Below are positions 59,068-64,000 of a stretch of 64,000 bases of DNA, piece after piece. Every line of letters starts with the position of its first letter. Position 1 is the first letter of the stretch. The stretch is from contig CALWPB010000002.1 in the NCBI GenBank assembly GCA_944383315.1, forward strand, positions 17,144 to 81,143. The letters run 5' to 3'. Position numbers and translations under genes: made by a program. The DNA is from an uncultured Clostridia bacterium. GTDB lineage: Bacteria > Bacillota > Clostridia > Christensenellales > UBA1242. The notes under the pieces are model-generated. The model saw nothing but the letters and a program-made list of their open reading frames with translations, ran no database searches and was not told the DNA's origin.

Positions 59068-60192
59068 ATGTCTAAATCGCAATTTGCCTTATATATTCAT
59101 ATACCGTTTTGTGTGTCCAAATGCAGTTATTGTGATTTTTGTTCCTTTGTGCCCAAGTTAGAGCAAGTAACAACCTATATTTCTGCACTAAAACAAGAAA
59201 TAGAGTCAGCAAAGGAAAAAACGAAGGGGAGGCAAGTATCATCTATTTATATAGGTGGTGGTACTCCGTCCACACTCCCAGCGGGAGCCGTTGAAGAAAT
59301 TATGGCTTGTGTCCGCAAAAATTTTGATTTGGTCGAAAATTGCAGCATAACAATAGAAGCCAACCCAAATTCTTTTGATAGCGAAAAAGCAAAGGAATAT
59401 GCACGCGCTGGTTGTAACCGTTTGAGTTTGGGACTCCAAAGCGATAATGATAAAATTTTAAAAGTATTAAATAGGGCTCATAATTTTAATGATTGCGTAA
59501 ATGCCGTACAGTTTGCTCTAAATAATAATATCAATGATATTAATGTTGATATAATGCTTGGAGTTCCTCAGCAAACTAAACGCGATTTGGAAATTACTTT
59601 GCAAAAAGTGATTGACTTGCCAATAACGCATATTTCGGCTTATGGCTTGATTTGCGAACCAAATACGCCATTAACTAATGCAATAAGACAAGGTAAATTA
59701 ATTTTGCCCAGTGATGACGAAGCGGTTGAAATGTATGACTATACGGTAGATTTTCTTGCAAAACACGGTTTTAAAAGATATGAAATCAGTAATTTTGCAA
59801 AAGAAGGGTATAGGTCAGCACATAATATGAATTATTGGAAACGTGGGGAATATTTAGGACTTGGACTTGCTGCTCACTCGTTTTATAATGGTACGCATTG
59901 GCACAATACTGAAGATTTTACTAAATATCTGCAAAACCCAACAAATTGCCGTGAAGACATCGAACACGAAACCATACAAACAGCAAAAGAAGAAATGATA
60001 ATGCTCGCCTTGCGTACAACAGATGGATTAGACATTGAAAAATATAACAACACTTTTTCTTGCGATTTTTTACAAGAATATAAGTCTGCTATAAATAAAT
60101 TACTAGAAAATGATTTGATACAAATCAAAAACGGGGTAGTTAGAATCAAAAATCTTTATATTTCAAACGCAATTATTGCAGAATTTTTTTAA
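59068..60192 (+). CDS. hemW: radical SAM heme chaperone HemW (HemN-like)
   Basis: YIHIPFCVSKCSYCDF (CxxxCxxC). Follows lepA, as in Bacillus. Confidence 0.92.
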   Translation: MSKSQFALYIHIPFCVSKCSYCDFCSFVPKLEQVTTYISALKQEIESAKEKTKGRQVSSIYIGGGTPSTLPAGAVEEIMACVRKNFDLVENCSITIEANPNSFDSEKAKEYARAGCNRLSLGLQSDNDKILKVLNRAHNFNDCVNAVQFALNNNINDINVDIMLGVPQQTKRDLEITLQKVIDLPITHISAYGLICEPNTPLTNAIRQGKLILPSDDEAVEMYDYTVDFLAKHGFKRYEISNFAKEGYRSAHNMNYWKRGEYLGLGLAAHSFYNGTHWHNTEDFTKYLQNPTNCREDIEHETIQTAKEEMIMLALRTTDGLDIEKYNNTFSCDFLQEYKSAINKLLENDLIQIKNGVVRIKNLYISNAIIAEFF

Positions 60193-60280
60193 ATCGAGAA
60201 ATTTAGTAAATTTAAGCAAGTTTTAAGTTAACAAAAAGTAGAGAAATTTCATATAAAAAGTAAAATTTGATTTAAAATAC

Positions 60281-60309
60281 TTGCAAAGATACTTTAAATA
60301 TGTTAAACT
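60281..60309 (+). promoter_or_regulatory. promoter for the tRNA-Cys/Leu unit
   Basis: TTGCAA (60281-60286), 17-nt spacer ending in TGT, TAAACT (60304-60309). Confidence 0.55.
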
Positions 60310-60331
60310 CATTCTACAATTTTGTTAAAAT

Positions 60332-60406
60332 GGTGCCATAGCCAAGTGGTAAGGCCAAGGTCTGCAAAACCTTTATTCACCAGTTCGAATCTGGTTGGCA
60401 CCTCCA
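60332..60406 (+). tRNA. tRNA-Cys (GCA), CCA encoded
   Basis: Acceptor stem ggtgcca/tggcacc, anticodon arm aaggt-CTGCAAA-acctt and T arm accag-ttcgaat-ctggt. Confidence 0.93.
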
Positions 60407-60409
60407 TTT

Positions 60410-60496
60410 GCCGAAGTGGCGGAATTGGCAGACGCAAGGGACTTAAAATCCCTCGAGAGCAATCTCGTACCGGTTCGAGTCCGGTCTTCGGCACCA
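60410..60496 (+). tRNA. tRNA-Leu (UAA), long variable arm, CCA encoded
   Basis: Acceptor stem gccgaag/cttcggc, anticodon arm aggga-CTTAAAA-tccct, variable arm cgagagcaatctcg and T arm ccggt-tcgagtc-cgg. Confidence 0.93.
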
Positions 60497-60637
60497 ATCA
60501 CAGTTTCGGCTGTTTTTTTGTTTTTTAGGGATTTTAAGCCCCTGCGGGACTTAACTCTGTTGAGCCAGACCGCAGCGAAGCTGCTCCCAGCTTTGGCTAA
60601 AAACAGCACGCCTGTGCTATTTTCTTAACGCGTCGCC

Positions 60638-60690
60638 CCCTCGAGAGCAATCTCGTACCGGTTCGAGTCCGGTCTTCGGCACCAATCACA
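60638..60690 (+). repeat. perfect 53-nt duplicate of the 3' part of tRNA-Leu(UAA) plus 7 nt of trailer
   Basis: Identical to 60450-60502, running from the 3' strand of the anticodon stem through CCA and aatcaca. It lacks any 5' half, so it is not a functional tRNA. Confidence 0.95.
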
Positions 60691-60716
60691 CCTTTAAAGT
60701 TTAAAGGTGTTTTTTT
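60689..60716 (+). terminator. strong terminator after the partial tRNA-Leu copy
   Basis: cacctttaa-agt-ttaaaggtg followed by T7. Confidence 0.9.
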
Positions 60717-60800
60717 AAACCATTTATTATAAAAATATAACTTAATAGGTTTTAAAACTAAAAATTTTTGAAATTTTTTTGATTTTTTTATAAAAAACGC

Positions 60801-60829
60801 TTGCAATGATTGAAAATATTTGTTATTAT
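60801..60829 (+). promoter_or_regulatory. promoter for the tRNA-Val/Gly unit
   Basis: TTGCAA (60801-60806), 17-nt spacer ending in TGT, TATTAT (60824-60829). Confidence 0.55.
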
Positions 60830-60861
60830 ATATTCGTTCACTCGTAAGAGTTGAACACCTT

Positions 60862-60937
60862 GGGAGCTTAGCTCAGTTGGTAGAGCATCTGCCTTACAAG
60901 CAGAGGGTCACAGGTTCGAGTCCTGTAGCTCCCACCA
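60862..60937 (+). tRNA. tRNA-Val (UAC), CCA encoded
   Basis: Acceptor stem gggagct/agctccc, anticodon arm tctgc-CTTACAA-gcaga and T loop ggttcgagtcc. Confidence 0.93.
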
Positions 60938-60944
60938 TTATTAT

Positions 60945-61020
60945 GCGGGAGTAGCTCAGTTGGTAGAGCGTTACCTTGCCAAGGTAAATGTCGCGGGTTC
61001 GAGTCCCGTCTCCCGCTCCA
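60945..61020 (+). tRNA. tRNA-Gly (GCC), CCA encoded
   Basis: Acceptor stem gcgggag/ctcccgc, anticodon arm ttacc-TTGCCAA-ggtaa and T loop ggttcgagtcc. Confidence 0.93.
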
Positions 61021-61037
61021 CTAAAAATATAAAATGT

Positions 61038-61066
61038 GAGTCCTTGTCGGGACTCTTTTGTTTTTG
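61038..61066 (+). terminator. terminator after tRNA-Gly
   Basis: gagtcc-ttgtcg-ggactc followed by ttttgttttt. Confidence 0.85.
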
Positions 61067-61297
61067 CTGTGTAGAGCAAAAACAAGCACTTTTTATAAGT
61101 GCAACCCGCGACAGTTTGAACCTGCGGTTCAATCAACTACGCAAAGTTGAGTTAATAAATTACTCAACAACTTGCTTATTGGCGCAAGTTCTTGTTCGTC
61201 CCCGCTTTGTTTTTGCTTTTAAAAACTTTTGTTCTAAAACAATTTACAAATATCTATACTTTGTGTTAAAATTTATACATATTGTTTGGGGAGGCAT

Positions 61298-61789
61298 ATG
61301 TTGCGTATTTTAGGTATTGACCCAGGTTATGGTATAATTGGTTTTAGTGTTATTGATAAAAGTAACAGTGGTAATAGTGTGGTAGATTATGGAGTAATTA
61401 CAACACCAAAAGATATGCCATTTGACCAACGTTTAAAAGTAATATACGAAAGTATGAATACGCTTATAGACAAGTTCTCACCGCAAGAATGTGCTATTGA
61501 AAAGCTGTACTTTAATAAAAACATTACGACAGGTATACCCGTAGCAGAAGCAAGGGGAGTAATATTATTAAGTATAGTAAATAGAAATATTCCAGTATTT
61601 GAATATACTCCGCAACAGATAAAGATGGCACTTACTGGGCTTGGGAAAGCGGACAAAAGTCAAGTACAGTTTATGGTAAAAACTTTGTTGCACCTTGCCA
61701 AAATTCCACGCCCAGACGATGCAGCAGATGCGGTTGCAGTGGCACTTTGCCATAGCCAAACAAATCAACAAATGTTAGGATTGAGATAG
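61298..61789 (+). CDS. ruvC: crossover junction endodeoxyribonuclease RuvC
   Basis: MLRILGIDPGYG... with DAADAVAVALCH at the C-terminus. The ATG at 61298 follows ggggagg. Confidence 0.93.
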   Translation: MLRILGIDPGYGIIGFSVIDKSNSGNSVVDYGVITTPKDMPFDQRLKVIYESMNTLIDKFSPQECAIEKLYFNKNITTGIPVAEARGVILLSIVNRNIPVFEYTPQQIKMALTGLGKADKSQVQFMVKTLLHLAKIPRPDDAADAVAVALCHSQTNQQMLGLR

Positions 61790-61790
61790 T

Positions 61791-62390
61791 ATGATAAGTT
61801 TTGTTAAAGGAATAATTGCAGATAAAGGTCTTGGGACAGTTACACTTGATAACAACGGAGTAGGCTTTGAGATAAATGTGAGCAGTTTTTGTTGGGAGTC
61901 CATAGGAGAAATAGGTGAAGAAGCCAAGTTGCTTACATATATGCACGTCAAAGAAGATGAAATGTCGCTGTTTGGCTTTATAGATAAGTTTGAAAAAGAA
62001 GTCTTTATGAAATTAATTTTAGTCAATGGTGTAGGTCCAAAAATGGCCATTAATATTTTAAGCGGTATTAGTGCACAAGACCTGAGTTTCGCTATAGCCA
62101 CTCAAAATGCAAGTGTATTTAAAGGCATAAAAGGTGTTGGCACTAAAATTCGCGACAGAATTTTACTCGAACTGAAAGAGAAGATTGATGCGCTTTCTCA
62201 TCTGGCAGAAGTGAATATGACAGCAACTGAAATCAACAGTAGCGAGAATTTCGCTCAGGCACTCAATGTGCTTATTGATTGGGGGGTACCTAGACCACAG
62301 GCTCAGGATATTTTGACAAAAGTTTACGATACGAAAGATACAATGGAAGACTTGATTGCAAAGGCATTTAAAGAATTAGGGAGAAAATAG
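61791..62390 (+). CDS. ruvA: Holliday junction DNA helicase RuvA
   Basis: MISFVKG.I, an OB domain and the HhH pair (LILVNGVGPKMA, KGIKGVGTK). Confidence 0.93.
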   Translation: MISFVKGIIADKGLGTVTLDNNGVGFEINVSSFCWESIGEIGEEAKLLTYMHVKEDEMSLFGFIDKFEKEVFMKLILVNGVGPKMAINILSGISAQDLSFAIATQNASVFKGIKGVGTKIRDRILLELKEKIDALSHLAEVNMTATEINSSENFAQALNVLIDWGVPRPQAQDILTKVYDTKDTMEDLIAKAFKELGRK

Positions 62391-62393
62391 CAA

Positions 62394-63446
62394 ATGGAAG
62401 ATGACGAAAGATTTATCGCAAGTACAAAGTCTGATATTGACGAAGTTATTGAAAATAGTTTGCGACCAAATACTTTGCGTGAGTATGTAGGGCAGAAAAA
62501 AATAAAAGACAGCCTTTCTATATATATACAAGCAGCAAAAGCACGTAATGAAGCCCTTGACCACGTGCTGCTTTTTGGCCCTCCAGGGCTAGGAAAGACC
62601 ACGCTTTCGCATATCATAGCAAACGAACTTGGAGCGCAACTTCGTGTAACCAGTGGACCAGCAATAGAACACGCAGCAGACTTGGCAGCAATTTTAACTA
62701 ATCTCGGCCGCAATGACGTGCTATTTATAGACGAAATACACAGGCTCAGTAGAGCAGTTGAAGAAGTGCTTTATCCTGCTATGGAAGACTTTGCTCTTGA
62801 TTTCGTAGTAGGGAAAGGTCCTGCAGCCAAAAGTATAAGACTAAAAATTCAGCCTTTTACACTAATAGGCGCAACTACGCGTGCGGGTATGTTAACAGGT
62901 CCATTGCGTGATAGATTTGGTGTAATGGGCAGACTTGAATTGTATGAGCCAGATGAGTTAAGCGAAATTTTGACGCGTTCAGCTAAAATTCTAAATATTG
63001 ATATTACACCCGATGCGTCGCTGCTAATCGCTCGTTCTTCTCGTGGAACACCGCGAATAGCAAATAGATTTTTAAAACGTATTCGTGATTATGCAGATGT
63101 AAAAGGTACGGGTAAAATTGATGCAGACATCACCCATAAGGCGCTAAAAATGATGGAAGTGGATGATTTAGGGCTTGATTTTATCGACCATAGGTTACTC
63201 GAAACTATTATAGACAAATTTAATGGTGGACCTGTTGGACTTGATACTTTAGCCGCTGCAACAGGTGAAGAAGCAACAACTATCGAAGAAGCTTATGAAC
63301 CATTCCTTATACAACAAGGTTTTATTGCTCGCACAAGTAAAGGACGTGTTGCAATGCCACGTGCTTACGAACATTTAGGTAAAAAACTTGAAGAAAATAA
63401 GGAAAAACAACTAAATTCGCTCGCAAACGACACAATGCCCGAATAA
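62394..63446 (+). CDS. ruvB: Holliday junction DNA helicase RuvB
   Basis: LRP..L.EYVGQ, Walker [16 protein letters not shown] and RGTPRIANR motifs. Confidence 0.97.
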   Translation: MEDDERFIASTKSDIDEVIENSLRPNTLREYVGQKKIKDSLSIYIQAAKARNEALDHVLLFGPPGLGKTTLSHIIANELGAQLRVTSGPAIEHAADLAAILTNLGRNDVLFIDEIHRLSRAVEEVLYPAMEDFALDFVVGKGPAAKSIRLKIQPFTLIGATTRAGMLTGPLRDRFGVMGRLELYEPDELSEILTRSAKILNIDITPDASLLIARSSRGTPRIANRFLKRIRDYADVKGTGKIDADITHKALKMMEVDDLGLDFIDHRLLETIIDKFNGGPVGLDTLAAATGEEATTIEEAYEPFLIQQGFIARTSKGRVAMPRAYEHLGKKLEENKEKQLNSLANDTMPE

Positions 63447-63527
63447 AAGTCAAATTTTGAGCCGATTTTAATTGATTTATTTGGGAATTTATGTATAATT
63501 ATTATTATAAACTTAAAGGAGAAAATA

Positions 63528-64000
63528 ATGTTTTCATTAATTGCAAATGGTGCAGAGTCAGGTGGTGGTGGTAACGCAACTTTGTGGATACTTTTAGTAT
63601 TGCTTGTCGTGTTGATTGTTGCATATATTTTTAGTTATATAAAACGCAAAAAATACAATCAAGAAACTACAAATATGTTAAATAGTCTCAAACCAGGCGA
63701 CAAAGTAAAGACCTATAGCGGTTTTTACGGTACCGTTGTATCAATTCGCGAAACAACAGATGGTAAAGTAGTTACACTTGAAACGGGTGATGACGAGCAC
63801 AAGAGTTATACCACAATAGACAGCAACGCAATTTATTGTATCGACAAGAAAGAAGATATCGTTTATGATATGGATGGTAATGTCGTTATGCCTGCTAGCG
63901 AAGAAGAAAAGCAAGCAGCAGCGGAAAGTGCAAATTCTGTTGAGATAGATAAAGCTACAGAAGAAATCGCCGAAGTTGTTAATTCAACAGCAGAAGAAAG
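63528..64000 (+). CDS. yajC: preprotein translocase subunit YajC with an extended acidic C-terminus, 3' end cut by the window edge
   Basis: Not in the ORF track because no stop falls inside the window. RBS aaaggag, one TM segment (LWILLVLLVVLIVAYIF) and the YajC motif LKPGDKVKTYSGFYGTVVSI. Confidence 0.8.
   Translation, partial: MFSLIANGAESGGGGNATLWILLVLLVVLIVAYIFSYIKRKKYNQETTNMLNSLKPGDKVKTYSGFYGTVVSIRETTDGKVVTLETGDDEHKSYTTIDSNAIYCIDKKEDIVYDMDGNVVMPASEEEKQAAAESANSVEIDKATEEIAEVVNSTAEE

Noticed and set aside
60503-60637. The possibility that the 135-nt insert between the tRNA-Leu repeats is itself a degenerate tRNA or encodes a peptide.
   Set aside because: I could not fold a cloverleaf. There is no acceptor pairing and no T loop, and only a 9-nt match to the anticodon arm. 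No ORF with an RBS is present. The segment is kept as unexplained cargo in the findings rather than called as a gene.
61103-61129. A minus-strand tRNA-like fragment (gaaccgcaggttcaaactgtcgcgggtt) as a possible additional tRNA or pseudo-tRNA.
   Set aside because: It contains a ggttcaaac T-loop-like string, but the flanking bases do not form a T stem, and there is no acceptor or anticodon arm. Only the 11-nt identity to tRNA-Gly is real, and that is reported in the findings.
60309-61313. Track ORFs overlapping the tRNA cluster on both strands (60309..60497-, 60322..60528+, 60373..60609-, 60395..60628+, 60597..60806-, 60894..61136-, 60960..61313+).
   Set aside because: They are read through tRNA genes and hairpin-rich spacers, as shown by peptides such as ..GAEDRTRTGTRLLSR.. 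that are typical of translated tRNA. They have no RBS and overlap one another.

Overview
This is a low-GC Firmicutes-type chromosomal segment. The organism is probably an endospore former, since spoIIE, gpr and whiA are present. The window is almost entirely core housekeeping genes, mostly on the + strand. Local gene order repeatedly matches classic Bacillus synteny: acpS-mazF, spoIIE-tilS, dnaE-pfkA, rpsT/gpr, lon-engB, recD2-comFC, secA-prfB, rpmF-plsX, smc-ftsY, lepA-hemW and ruvCAB-yajC. I call 53 CDS (three below or outside the supplied ORF track), 4 tRNAs (Cys, Leu, Val, Gly), several near-consensus sigma-A promoters and many rho-independent terminators. I see no rRNA, CRISPR array, transposase, integrase, reverse transcriptase or recognisable defence island. 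I cannot claim a complete new 'system', but several structures are not explained by ordinary annotation. (1) The last 98 nt of smc plus 77 nt downstream form a 175-bp unit present in 2.6 tandem copies. The distal untranslated copy differs from the expressed tail only at 7 synonymous third-codon positions. (2) A perfect 53-nt duplicate of the 3' part of tRNA-Leu lies 188 bp downstream of the intact gene. Both look like integration-type '3'-end replacement' scars with almost no cargo. (3) An AT-rich tandem pair of unknown paralogues sits between gpr and murI, with near-identical ends, a diverged core and an orphan third leader copy. (4) mazF/ndoA is paired with an atypical 58-aa upstream ORF. 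(5) uvrC has a promoter placed so that its mRNA would be leaderless. The remaining observations are of lower interest: a GLUG-repeat surface protein, a MerR regulator with a duplicated C-terminal domain, glmS without a ribozyme, prfB without a frameshift, and hairpin-dense tRNA trailer DNA. All functional calls rest on motif and family recognition by eye; no searches were run.
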